64,000 bases of DNA from an uncultured Clostridia bacterium (GTDB lineage Bacteria; Bacillota; Clostridia; Christensenellales; CAG-314). The stretch lies in NCBI GenBank assembly GCA_947625185.1, contig CANQNJ010000002.1, forward strand, positions 3,267 through 67,266, read 5' to 3'. The notes under the pieces are model-generated. The model saw only the letters and a list, made by a program, of their open reading frames with translations. It made no database searches and was not told the DNA's origin. Shown piece after piece: positions 8,440 through 17,071 of this stretch (positions are counted from its first letter, which is position 1; every line of letters starts with the position of its first letter). Both the position numbers and the translations under genes were made by a program.

Positions 8440-11091
8440 TTACCACTCTAACGTCATTCCGACGATAACGAAATTATTTCCCTTCGCACCGTTCTTTTCA
8501 AACTTCAGCGTGTTCGACGCTTCGGTCAAATCCAACGTGACGTCTATGGCACTCGTAAGTTTTCCGTCCCAAGTCTTATCGCCTTTTTCCTCGCTATACT
8601 CTTTGCCGTTTACCGAAAATTGAACCATCGTCGCATCGGAATAAGGAATGATCTTAAAAGAGATTTTCTTTATCTGATGCACGGTAGTAAAGTCAATGGA
8701 GCCGGGGCTGGAGGCCTTACCGGGGTAGAAGCCAATACCTTTACCGTCACGCACGGTCTTTCCGTTCGTTGCAAGCATTGTAAGAATTTCCGTTTGATCG
8801 GGAGTCCAAACGTTAATGTGAGATGAAACCATATCGGTTTTGGGAAGGGAAACGGTATAGTAGGTATTACTGCAAACTGTGTCTGCTGTTAATCCATCTG
8901 CCCAATCATAAGTAATCGAGCTTGTTCCCGTTGCTTCCGTTTCCAAAGTCATGCCGACGATAACGAAATTATTTCCCTTCGTACCGTTCTTTTCAAACTT
9001 CAACGTGTTCGACGCTTCGGTCAAATCCAACGTGACGTCTATGGCACTCGTAAGTTTTCCGTCCCAAGTCTTATCGCCTTTTTCCTCGCTATACTCTTTG
9101 CCGTTTACCGAAAATTGAACCATCGTCGCATCGGAATAAGGAATGATCTTAAAAGAGATTTTCTTTATCTGATGCACGGTAGTAAAGTCAATGGAGCCGG
9201 GGCTGGAGGCCTTACCGGGGTAGAAGCCAATACCTTTACCGTCACGCACGGTCTTTCCGTTCGTTGCAAGCATTGTAAGAATTTCCGTTTGATCGGGAGT
9301 CCAAACGTTAATGTGAGATGAAACCATATCGGTTTTGGGAAGGGAAACGGTATAGTAGGTATTGCTGCAAACTGTGTCTGCCGTTAATCCATCCGTCCAA
9401 TCATAAACCGCTTTAATCGCCTTTTGTTCTTCCGTGAGAGTAAGCGTAATCTCGTTGGATGTAACGTCACCGCACTTTACGGATATTTTCACTTCGCCTG
9501 CCGAAATGGTTTTAACGGTAGCTTTGACCGTATCGCCAGATACTGTTGCCTTTGTTTCATCCGAGCTTATCCACTCAGCATTTTCAAAAACAGCACTTGC
9601 GGGAGTTATGCTCTTAACGGTTATCTCAACGGAATAAGGAAGGATGACCTCTGTTTTCTCTGCCTCAATTTCTATTGCTTGGAGAGCGGGGAATGTGCAG
9701 GATAAAATGACATTTTCAACCGCACCCTTGTCATTGCTGTAAATATCGTCCTCTTTGGTGAAATTGATGTGGAAAAGTACGGTACAGCCATCCAGCGCAC
9801 CATCGCCATTTTTTACATTAAATTTCCCAAATGCACTCGTGGAAAAGTCACAAGTCAATTTTTTGCTCTTGTCTGTATTAGAAACGGTAAACGCATAACG
9901 TGCATTTGCAAGCGTTGATCCTGCGTCTACCACGCCGCGCACATAGTAAAGCACTCCGCTATCATCGGCAATAAGATTTCCTTTTTCATCCAATTTGGTG
10001 ATAGCTTCATCCACGGTGAGCGGATCTTCTTCCGTCGTTCCGTGGGTGCTTCCCTCAACATTTATCGTCACGGATGCAGACTTTGTAGTCCCGGCGGCGG
10101 TAGCTGTAATTATCGTGCTACCACTCTTGCCCGTGAGTCGAATCGTACACGTCGGGCCAAAATCCTGCACGGTAGCGACAGATGTATCGGAGCTGTTCCA
10201 ATCTACATCTTGTGAAGCCTTATCGGGAGAAATGGTTGCTTTTATGCCCATGGTATTGTTTTCGATGGGCAATAAGTTCAATTCCTGTGGCGTATTCAAC
10301 GTGATGGATTCAACATCTGCAAAAGAAATTTGAACGTCCACAATGCTCGGGGTAAACTTTGCTCCCGTGGGGCTTGCACTTGCGGGAAGATACGAGCATT
10401 GATATTTGCTATAATACAATTCGATGAAGCCCTTGATAATAATGGTTGCACCGTCAAGCGCACCGTCTTTTTCAGCGGGTTTATCCGTAACGGAACTATC
10501 TATCTTCGCTTGGCAAGTGACGACCTTCTCGCCCGTTCCAAGCGTAAACTTCCATTCATGATATTGTGTGTCTATTGTAGAACCTGCGTTTACAACACCT
10601 TGAATGTAGTAGCCGTCTTTATTGGTGGGATTTACAACTTTCCCGTTGCCCGCCTCGTCCATCAAAGCGATTGCCTCTTCGGGAGTGAGGGGGTTATCTT
10701 GCGTTTTACCTTTGTCTACCGTTTGGTGTCCCGGGCACTTGCTTGCGCACACAGGATCTGTGCAGGTCGCGTCGGTGCATTTTCCGCAAGTAGGACATTT
10801 ATGTCCGCAAACATGCGGTGTGGGCTCGGGTGTGAGTTGGGGGATTTCCACCGGTTTGGAAATTTCGTTTTTGCCGTCTTTGTCCGAGAACAGCTTGCCG
10901 CAAACATCGCATTTCCAATATGCTTCGTAGCCTGCCTCTTGCAATGTGGCATCCTTTTGGGCTACTGCCGTGAGCGTGTGACCGTTCTTTTCACATTCGT
11001 CCTGCGGTTGGCACGCCGCAATGACGGATACAAACGTGAACAACATTGCCACAACAAGCAACAACGCCATCAATTTTTTTGTTTTTGTCAT
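8440..11091 (-). CDS. large surface lipoprotein with Cys-rich N-terminal region, two Big_2-like Ig domains and two copies of a 155-aa C-terminal domain
   Basis: Start set at ATG 11091 (AAGGAGAAAAAAAAC-ATG). Signal peptide MTKTKKLMALLLVVAMLFTFVSVIAAC with a lipobox Cys. Segments such as ISPDKASQDVDWNSSDTSVATV and ENAEWISSDETKATVSG resemble Big_2. Confidence 0.8.
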   Translation of the reverse strand: MTKTKKLMALLLVVAMLFTFVSVIAACQPQDECEKNGHTLTAVAQKDATLQEAGYEAYWKCDVCGKLFSDKDGKNEISKPVEIPQLTPEPTPHVCGHKCPTCGKCTDATCTDPVCASKCPGHQTVDKGKTQDNPLTPEEAIALMDEAGNGKVVNPTNKDGYYIQGVVNAGSTIDTQYHEWKFTLGTGEKVVTCQAKIDSSVTDKPAEKDGALDGATIIIKGFIELYYSKYQCSYLPASASPTGAKFTPSIVDVQISFADVESITLNTPQELNLLPIENNTMGIKATISPDKASQDVDWNSSDTSVATVQDFGPTCTIRLTGKSGSTIITATAAGTTKSASVTINVEGSTHGTTEEDPLTVDEAITKLDEKGNLIADDSGVLYYVRGVVDAGSTLANARYAFTVSNTDKSKKLTCDFSTSAFGKFNVKNGDGALDGCTVLFHINFTKEDDIYSNDKGAVENVILSCTFPALQAIEIEAEKTEVILPYSVEITVKSITPASAVFENAEWISSDETKATVSGDTVKATVKTISAGEVKISVKCGDVTSNEITLTLTEEQKAIKAVYDWTDGLTADTVCSNTYYTVSLPKTDMVSSHINVWTPDQTEILTMLATNGKTVRDGKGIGFYPGKASSPGSIDFTTVHQIKKISFKIIPYSDATMVQFSVNGKEYSEEKGDKTWDGKLTSAIDVTLDLTEASNTLKFEKNGTKGNNFVIVGMTLETEATGTSSITYDWADGLTADTVCSNTYYTVSLPKTDMVSSHINVWTPDQTEILTMLATNGKTVRDGKGIGFYPGKASSPGSIDFTTVHQIKKISFKIIPYSDATMVQFSVNGKEYSEEKGDKTWDGKLTSAIDVTLDLTEASNTLKFEKNGAKGNNFVIVGMTLEW
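8446..9405. repeat. tandem duplication: two near-identical 465-bp units (8446-8910 and 8941-9405, period 495 bp) inside the lipoprotein gene
   Basis: The antisense shadow ORFs 8620..8826 and 9115..9321 are identical. The protein copies differ at only 2 residues (A/T twice), plus a few synonymous changes. Confidence 0.9.
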
Positions 11092-11290
11092 GTTTTTTTT
11101 CTCCTTATAAATATTTAGAGCAAAATTATACCGATTGCCCCGCTCGGTTTTGTGCTGTTGAGCCTCGTCATGAGAGGAGTGTTCGGCACGGCAAAACTTG
11201 TTTGCCGTACCAAACCGAAGTAATTTGTTCGCCGTCACATAGTTTGAAGAGTATTTGCGCGCAATAAGATGAACAATCTGCAATGGATTT

Positions 11291-11319
11291 TGTTCATCTA
11301 ATAGTATATTAGGTGTACA
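11291..11319. repeat. inverted repeat, left arm (IR-L) of the putative invertible segment
   Basis: tgttCATCTAATAGTATATTAGGtgtaca. Its reverse complement matches 11440-11468, with a 19-bp perfect core and 26 of 29 positions overall. Confidence 0.8.
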
Positions 11320-11398
11320 AAATGAGCGGAGAAAGGTGTAAAATATAATTGTTTTGACAAATTTCGATAGGTAAAATAAAAAAATTTGGGTTTTGGTA

Positions 11399-11427
11399 TT
11401 TACATTTGGGCGGTCAAAGTGTATAAT
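11399..11427 (+). promoter_or_regulatory. sigma-A type promoter TTTACA-17-TATAAT inside the IR-flanked segment
   Basis: TTTACA (11399-11404), a 17-nt spacer, then TATAAT (11422-11427), read on the plus strand. Confidence 0.5.
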
Positions 11428-11439
11428 TAGTATGTAATT

Positions 11440-11468
11440 TGTTCGCCTAATATACTATTAGATGTACA
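11440..11468. repeat. inverted repeat, right arm (IR-R)
   Basis: tgttcgCCTAATATACTATTAGATGtaca, the reverse complement of IR-L. Confidence 0.8.
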
Positions 11469-11504
11469 TTTTTGACGGAGCTGTTCGACAGGTTTCGTCT
11501 TTTT

Positions 11505-12410
11505 TTATGCAAACATTTTGCCGAGTTTGTTCATCATTTGCACCTTGTATTCCAACATACTGTGAGCGTACCGTTTGAGCGTTACAGTCGGGTTTGAGTG
11601 ACCGAGCAGTTCCGCAAGTGTTTTGACGTCCATTCCGCATTCCAGAGCGCGGGTGGCAAAGGTGTGTCGCAGGGAGTGAAAGCCTTTATGCGGAATTTTG
11701 AGTTTGTTCAATATAAGGCTGAAACTCTCTTGGTAAGATCGCATTGATACAGGGCGTCCGTTACCTTCTATTACATATTTTGTCGTGCGCGCCTTGTACA
11801 GTTCCTTGAACAAAGGCAGTAACTGTTTTGGGAACGGAATGGCGCGCAGAGAGTTTGCCGTTTTGGGCGCGTCCTCCATTCGCTCACCGTTGAGATAGTA
11901 ACAGGTCTTTTCCACCGTGAGCGTGCAAGCGTCCATATTCACGTTGTTCCACTCCAAGGCGAGCAATTCGCCCAGCCGTAAGCCCGTGTACAGGCAGATT
12001 ATTATGCCGTAGAACTTCAACTTTTTACCGCTTTTTATATGCGCCTCTATTTGCTTTTGCTCCAATACGGAAAAACAATCTACCTTTTTCTCCGCCGATC
12101 TTGGGCGACAAATTTTGTTCGCCTCGTATGTGGCAACGTGACCTAATATGTGCGCCGTTTTAAGTGAGTTTTGCAACACGGAGATAGTTACGTTTACCGT
12201 GCTTGCGGATAACGGTTTGCCTATGCTTGGTGCGAGCAGGTCGGTTACAAATTGCTGTAACACGGATAATGTTAATTCGGACAATTCGTATTCGCCCAAA
12301 CGCGGTATAATGCGCGCTACCGCTTGCGTGTAGGTGTTGCAAGTACGCGCCTTGCATGATGTTTTTACATAGTTGTTCAGCCAGATTTCCAGCCATTGAT
12401 GGTACTTCAT
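11505..12410 (-). CDS. tyrosine site-specific recombinase (phage integrase family)
   Basis: 301 aa. YTGLRLGELLALEWNNV (catalytic Arg box) and HSLRHTFATRALECGMDVKTLAELLGHSNPTVTLKRYAHS (H-x-x-R ... H ... Y). AAAGGAG RBS. Confidence 0.85.
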   Translation of the reverse strand: MKYHQWLEIWLNNYVKTSCKARTCNTYTQAVARIIPRLGEYELSELTLSVLQQFVTDLLAPSIGKPLSASTVNVTISVLQNSLKTAHILGHVATYEANKICRPRSAEKKVDCFSVLEQKQIEAHIKSGKKLKFYGIIICLYTGLRLGELLALEWNNVNMDACTLTVEKTCYYLNGERMEDAPKTANSLRAIPFPKQLLPLFKELYKARTTKYVIEGNGRPVSMRSYQESFSLILNKLKIPHKGFHSLRHTFATRALECGMDVKTLAELLGHSNPTVTLKRYAHSMLEYKVQMMNKLGKMFA

Positions 12411-12652
12411 TACAAAAAACTCCTTTTTGCTTTAATTGTACCCAACAACGGACTGTTTTACATTTTTGAGATATTTGCGTGTGCTTGTCTTGAAACAAGT
12501 CGGCTCGGCTGCGCCTGTCGCACCTACCTTTACGGTGCGGCAATAATTTTCGATATAGTGGTCAGCACAAATTTCTTCAATCAAAAATAAACCATTCGGT
12601 GTATTGAATAAGTGTTTTAGTACTATATCACATATATATTGTATATTAAAGC

Positions 12653-12724
12653 TTAATTTGTCAGCATCCACTTGGCGTACATGCCGTACCCGCGCGTCGG
12701 GTCGTTGACAAACACATGAGTAAC
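12653..12724. repeat. direct repeat A: orphan copy of the last 23 codons plus stop of spoIVB (att-like island boundary)
   Basis: 72 bp, identical to 23741-23812 except for one synonymous G/A difference (12664 vs 23752). Encodes VTHVFVNDPTRGYGMYAKWMLTN*. Confidence 0.9.
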
Positions 12725-12969
12725 TGTCAATAAGTTATAAACAAATTAAAAAAAAATATTAAAATACGACAAAACAACTTATGAGTCGTATCAACGCTAA
12801 TGCAAAACCAGACCCATACTATTATATCACAGCAGTACGAAATTATATTCTCCTTCGGACATCATCACCACCATAAGTATCACATATTTCTGGGATTTCA
12901 TAAACACCGAAAGGTTATAACTCTTGTAGGCACTATTTTGTACGTCAAAATAGCGCATTTTACGAAACC

Positions 12970-14109
12970 TTATTTTTTCGTATCTAATATTTTTTGTACG
13001 CGCGTTTGAACGAATGCCTCGATGATTTTCAAACGGTAGACAGGTAAATTATACTTAGGATGCTTCTCAAACTTGAAGTTAATCAGTTTGCGCAGCTGCT
13101 CCCTTTGCCTATCCGATAAAAATTCGTTGACCAATGCATCATAAGATACACCTTCAAAAGCCGGCGTGCGAGTCTGCGCGTACTTGTCTATTTCCAGCAA
13201 ATCCTCTTCCATCGCATAGTTGAACAACGACAAGCCGTTATCAAATATCGGAGCCAATTCTATCGGCTTATTTGTTGCGTTATCGACTAACAAGCCGAAA
13301 TTTCCGAAATGCCTATCGGTATTGCAAATAAGAGCGTCAAAAATCATCATATCGGCGAAGCTATCGTAAAAACTTTCGCCAAGAGATTTCAAATACTCCA
13401 CCGTTTTCGTCAATGTGCAATTCGGTAAAAATCTGTGGATCGGAACATACGATGTGTTTATGTCCGTAAATAACTCGCAAGTAGAACATAGTTGTCTTTT
13501 CCATTTGGACAGACCGTATGCGACGTGCTTGATCCCCATTCTTTCGGCAATTTGCGCGGCGTAAAATTCGGAATATGGTTCGTTGCCTGCATTAGCAGCG
13601 CCCGATGTTCCACCCTTGTAAAGATAAATTTTTTTGTTTAGCCTGCGCCAGCATTTTCTCAGCGTGCCGTTCGTGGTATATTCCGGCGATGAAGTAAAAC
13701 CCTTGCGAGTATTGCTGCCATAGCCTGTATATGCTATCAACGCCAGCGTGCGAGCAAAACTGTTTTCGTAAAGGTTGTAGTCCGCAAATTTGCCTGCGAA
13801 CCCCTCCTCGACAATCCAATAGCTGTCGTTAAGAGAAAGCCCTTTACTCAATCTTATAATTCCAAGCGTATCGTTCGCGGAAAGTCCACTCTTCGAGAGA
13901 ATCTGATCGACGAACTCTCTGTTTTTTGGTATTACACGCGAGGACAACCATTTTGCAAGGCCATCGGGGGTGGGCGTTAACCCAATCGGCAACAAATGTT
14001 TCAACTCATCGTTTATCCAGTCAATATTGTAAACAATCTCCCCCAAACTTGTTCTGTCCATATAGAACCTTAATAGATTGTTATCATATTGTTTGAGTTC
14101 AAAAACCAT
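12970..14109 (-). CDS. HipA C-terminal domain kinase-like protein (orphan; no adjacent HTH partner)
   Basis: 379 aa. ICNTDRHFGNFGLLVDN matches the HipA-type catalytic D-x-H-x-x-N loop. AAGGAGG RBS. Confidence 0.6.
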   Translation of the reverse strand: MVFELKQYDNNLLRFYMDRTSLGEIVYNIDWINDELKHLLPIGLTPTPDGLAKWLSSRVIPKNREFVDQILSKSGLSANDTLGIIRLSKGLSLNDSYWIVEEGFAGKFADYNLYENSFARTLALIAYTGYGSNTRKGFTSSPEYTTNGTLRKCWRRLNKKIYLYKGGTSGAANAGNEPYSEFYAAQIAERMGIKHVAYGLSKWKRQLCSTCELFTDINTSYVPIHRFLPNCTLTKTVEYLKSLGESFYDSFADMMIFDALICNTDRHFGNFGLLVDNATNKPIELAPIFDNGLSLFNYAMEEDLLEIDKYAQTRTPAFEGVSYDALVNEFLSDRQREQLRKLINFKFEKHPKYNLPVYRLKIIEAFVQTRVQKILDTKK

Positions 14110-14144
14110 TGAATGCCTCCTTGTTAAAATGGAACCTTGTAGTA

Positions 14145-14173
14145 ATTATAGCATGTATAGCAGAAAATTTCAA
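14145..14173 (-). promoter_or_regulatory. candidate promoter TTGAAA-17-TGcTATAAT for the orphan hipA-like gene
   Basis: The reverse complement reads TTGAAAttttctgctatacatgcTATAAT. Confidence 0.4.
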
Positions 14174-14265
14174 CTGCTCATAAGATTAATTTGATCCGTC
14201 GTCTGTTTGGCGTTTCTAATACGCAATTCTTGGAAAAATAATTTGAATTTTGTGTTGTAAACTAA

Positions 14266-14295
14266 GGAAAAAGTGCCTATACGAAATAGACACTT
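14266..14295 (-). terminator. terminator closing the four-gene ATPase/RloB/KAP operon
   Basis: On the minus strand: AAGTGTCTATttcgtATAGGCACTT followed by TTTTT. Confidence 0.5.
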
Positions 14296-14344
14296 AATAC
14301 TCTGATAAGAACGATAAAATTTAACTTCAGCTTTTTTATATTTT

Positions 14345-17017
14345 CTAACTCACAAGCTTTTTAACATAGCTCTTAAACATACTTTTCCGCCGAGAATTCT
14401 CTTTCCACAAAAGATTATATATATGCATTTTAATTTCGTAATCAGTCAATAATTCATCAAATTGACCATTACACAAATACCTTTGTATGCTATTACTATC
14501 TTCCAATGAATCAATACGTTCGATTTTAAGAATATAATTTTTCCTTTGCTCCATATCTTTACATTGTTCCATAAATGCTTTTAGTAATTCAATGCGCTGC
14601 CCCCAAGTATTGTAAATAAGTAATTGCTGCAGGGACAAACGTTCGAACTTTCGAGCAATGTACACCGCCTCTAAAAACTGCTGACAATTTGACATATAGT
14701 CAAACATTTGGTCTACGGTAACATAAACTAATATATATTCATCAATATCTATCGTTGGATCAAACGAAAATTTATTTTCATATAATGTGCGTCCAACAAT
14801 ATACTGCCAATATTGGTGCCTATTGCGTAATTCAATCGTTATTTGGGGCGGCATGGCTCCACAATAATCGTTATCTATGATAAGATCAATTAATTTATTG
14901 CTCCCAATATTTAATTGGTCTAATAAAGCGATAAACTTCTTAATATATTGGAGACAAGCAGTTCTATCAGTTGTATTTGCAATTTTTTTAATTATCTTTT
15001 CCTCGATCAAAGTAGGCATATCTGATGTAATATCCGCAAATTGAATGAGTTCATCAAATGAAGTAAATTGACAAGTATCTTCATATGATTGTGCAATTTC
15101 TTCCTTTTGAGCCGATTTTAATACATGGTAATCGACTTTTTTAAACGGAATTTTCTTAAACAGCTCTTTCGTATTTTGAGAAGTGTTTTCAAACAAAAAT
15201 TTTGCCAACAAATATGCATCTGTTGCACTTCGGATCAAAAACTGAAAAATTTCACCTGCTTGTGATGGGCTCTGAATCAATCGTGTTATTAAACCGAGAT
15301 CCAGGCAATCCTCTAACGTTATTATTCTTGCTTCCTCTTCAGTTAATATAGCATACTGCGCATCATACAAGAATTTATAAGCCCGTCTTATTTCAATCGA
15401 TTGTTGAATTAGACCAATTCTATATTTAGTAAACAATGATTTGTGTCGACTGAACAACTCATTCATCATTTTACTGTCAAATATACTTACATCATATATA
15501 CGCGTTTCAAAATTATTTAACGTGATGCAATATTGGAGAAAAGTACTATAATATTTCTGTTCATAAAGACTATTGAGTATATTATCATTTATGTTTAAAT
15601 ACCTTTCATAACCTTTTAGGCATTCGCAATACTCCTTACTGATCGGCTCGTCAAGAGAATTTAGATAATTTTCTATTTCCTCATAAATTTCACTTCGGTT
15701 TTTTGATATAAACTTGAAAATTGTATCGTCAACAATTTTATTCAAGGACATCAAAGAAAGTACACCTCGCAACATTTCATCGGTCGGGGCCACAACGGCC
15801 GTATGACGTTTAATCATATCGACTAATTTAACTTTTTGCATCTCAGTCAACTCGGTTTTTGCCTTGTCAGCCAAAGCAACCAACAAAGAATTTGTACATT
15901 TACTTGGCTCAAGCAAATCAAATATTATATTCACATCACTTAAAGCTAATACTTCTTCGCTACTAAGGCAAGGAACGTTGCTATATATAAACATATTCTT
16001 AAACAACAGAATATCATTGCCAAATTTTTGTGTCAATTCAAACCGACATTGAGTGAAATATTCATTAAAATTTGTGGTCTTTTTATACAACTCCTCGGAA
16101 TATTTTTTTAGTAGGTCACACTTACTTGAAAATGCGTAGCTGTAAACTCTAAGTAATGTTTCAACAACGCTTTCGGTATTTTCTTTACTCCAAGGATAAT
16201 TAACAACCATCGTATTAATTATTTGATCGGGATATTTTCTATAACAATATTCTAAAAGGCGTTCATCTTGTAAAATTACAACAGGAAAAGTCTTTTTAAG
16301 TTGCATTAGCTGGTTCATGCAGGCATCGGCAACTTTACATTCACCATCTTCAGAGAAAGACTGCTCTATAATGTTAATAAATTCATTTTCTTCACAACTA
16401 TTTCCAAGCAATAATACATCTTCTAATTTTCGCTCGCCTACATTCTTGATGTAACTACCATTCGGATAACTGAAAAAATACTGTTTGAAATTATCGTCTA
16501 TTATTCTATCGATAATCATACCACTGATTTCTTGCACAAAATCATCCGCTAATTCGAATTCACCAGTGAATACTTCTTTAATGTACTTAACAAGTTTTCC
16601 TATCTTTTCTTCACGTCCGGACGTAGATTCAATTCTCAACAAATTGCCATTATCTACTATTTGCTCAAACTTCTTATCATTATTTACGAGCTTGTAATAA
16701 TTTTGTTTATACTCGCTTTTAAGATATGCAACAGCACAGCATGTTATCATACTGGGGTTTCCCTGCTGATTTTTATACTGTCTTGAACAAATGGTCTTAT
16801 ATAAAACGATAGCATCATTGAGACGATGTTTTAAATCACGAATTGTCAACTTACGACCTTGAATAAGATATGAAAATTGTCCATATATAGAATCAGGTAT
16901 GTTTTTATCTTGTTCGCCTACGGTAAACATTTTTCGTATCTCTTGCTCTTTCTCTTTGAGCAATTCTTGGAGTATTTTTGAAAAATCATCAATATGCACT
17001 GCTTTTAAGTCAAGCAT
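14345..17017 (-). CDS. 890-aa predicted all-helical protein; an in-frame continuation of the upstream KAP NTPase ORF
   Basis: Long AT-rich ORF with no motif I recognise and no RBS. It is in the same frame as 17072..18013 (both start coordinates are 1 mod 3), separated only by a TAA plus 18 sense codons. Confidence 0.6.
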   Translation of the reverse strand: MLDLKAVHIDDFSKILQELLKEKEQEIRKMFTVGEQDKNIPDSIYGQFSYLIQGRKLTIRDLKHRLNDAIVLYKTICSRQYKNQQGNPSMITCCAVAYLKSEYKQNYYKLVNNDKKFEQIVDNGNLLRIESTSGREEKIGKLVKYIKEVFTGEFELADDFVQEISGMIIDRIIDDNFKQYFFSYPNGSYIKNVGERKLEDVLLLGNSCEENEFINIIEQSFSEDGECKVADACMNQLMQLKKTFPVVILQDERLLEYCYRKYPDQIINTMVVNYPWSKENTESVVETLLRVYSYAFSSKCDLLKKYSEELYKKTTNFNEYFTQCRFELTQKFGNDILLFKNMFIYSNVPCLSSEEVLALSDVNIIFDLLEPSKCTNSLLVALADKAKTELTEMQKVKLVDMIKRHTAVVAPTDEMLRGVLSLMSLNKIVDDTIFKFISKNRSEIYEEIENYLNSLDEPISKEYCECLKGYERYLNINDNILNSLYEQKYYSTFLQYCITLNNFETRIYDVSIFDSKMMNELFSRHKSLFTKYRIGLIQQSIEIRRAYKFLYDAQYAILTEEEARIITLEDCLDLGLITRLIQSPSQAGEIFQFLIRSATDAYLLAKFLFENTSQNTKELFKKIPFKKVDYHVLKSAQKEEIAQSYEDTCQFTSFDELIQFADITSDMPTLIEEKIIKKIANTTDRTACLQYIKKFIALLDQLNIGSNKLIDLIIDNDYCGAMPPQITIELRNRHQYWQYIVGRTLYENKFSFDPTIDIDEYILVYVTVDQMFDYMSNCQQFLEAVYIARKFERLSLQQLLIYNTWGQRIELLKAFMEQCKDMEQRKNYILKIERIDSLEDSNSIQRYLCNGQFDELLTDYEIKMHIYNLLWKENSRRKSMFKSYVKKLVS

Positions 17018-17071
17018 ATAATCAAAAAATTTGCTGTAATTTTCGCTTTTACCTGCATTGTCACCATTAGT

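Larger units (their letters stand above)
11291..11468. promoter_or_regulatory. putative invertible promoter segment (inverton), captured with the promoter facing away from the lipoprotein gene
   Basis: A 178-bp segment bounded by 29-bp IRs. It contains a near-consensus promoter and lies between the lipoprotein start (11091) and the 3' end of a tyrosine recombinase gene (11505). Confidence 0.5.

Noticed and set aside
8620-9321. Two identical 68-aa plus-strand ORFs (8620..8826 and 9115..9321).
   Set aside because: They are antisense shadows of the tandemly duplicated 495-bp unit inside the lipoprotein gene, not a duplicated small gene.
8446-9405. Repeated DNA that might have been a CRISPR array or IS ends.
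   Set aside because: There are only two long (465 bp) in-frame coding copies, with no short repeat-spacer periodicity. It is a domain duplication.
11505-12410. The tyrosine recombinase considered as the chromosomal XerD/RipX, given deoB nearby as in Bacillus.
   Set aside because: The C-terminal motif (HSLRHTFATRALECGMDVKTLAELLGHSNPTVTLKRYAH) and the N-terminus resemble phage/ICE-type integrases rather than Xer consensus blocks. The gene is adjacent to inverted repeats and to an att-like repeat.
12432-12671. 79-aa minus-strand ORF upstream of the recombinase, considered as a possible excisionase.
   Set aside because: It has a GTG start lying inside the spoIVB-derived direct repeat, no RBS and no HTH-like pattern. 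It is probably non-coding. Low confidence in this rejection.
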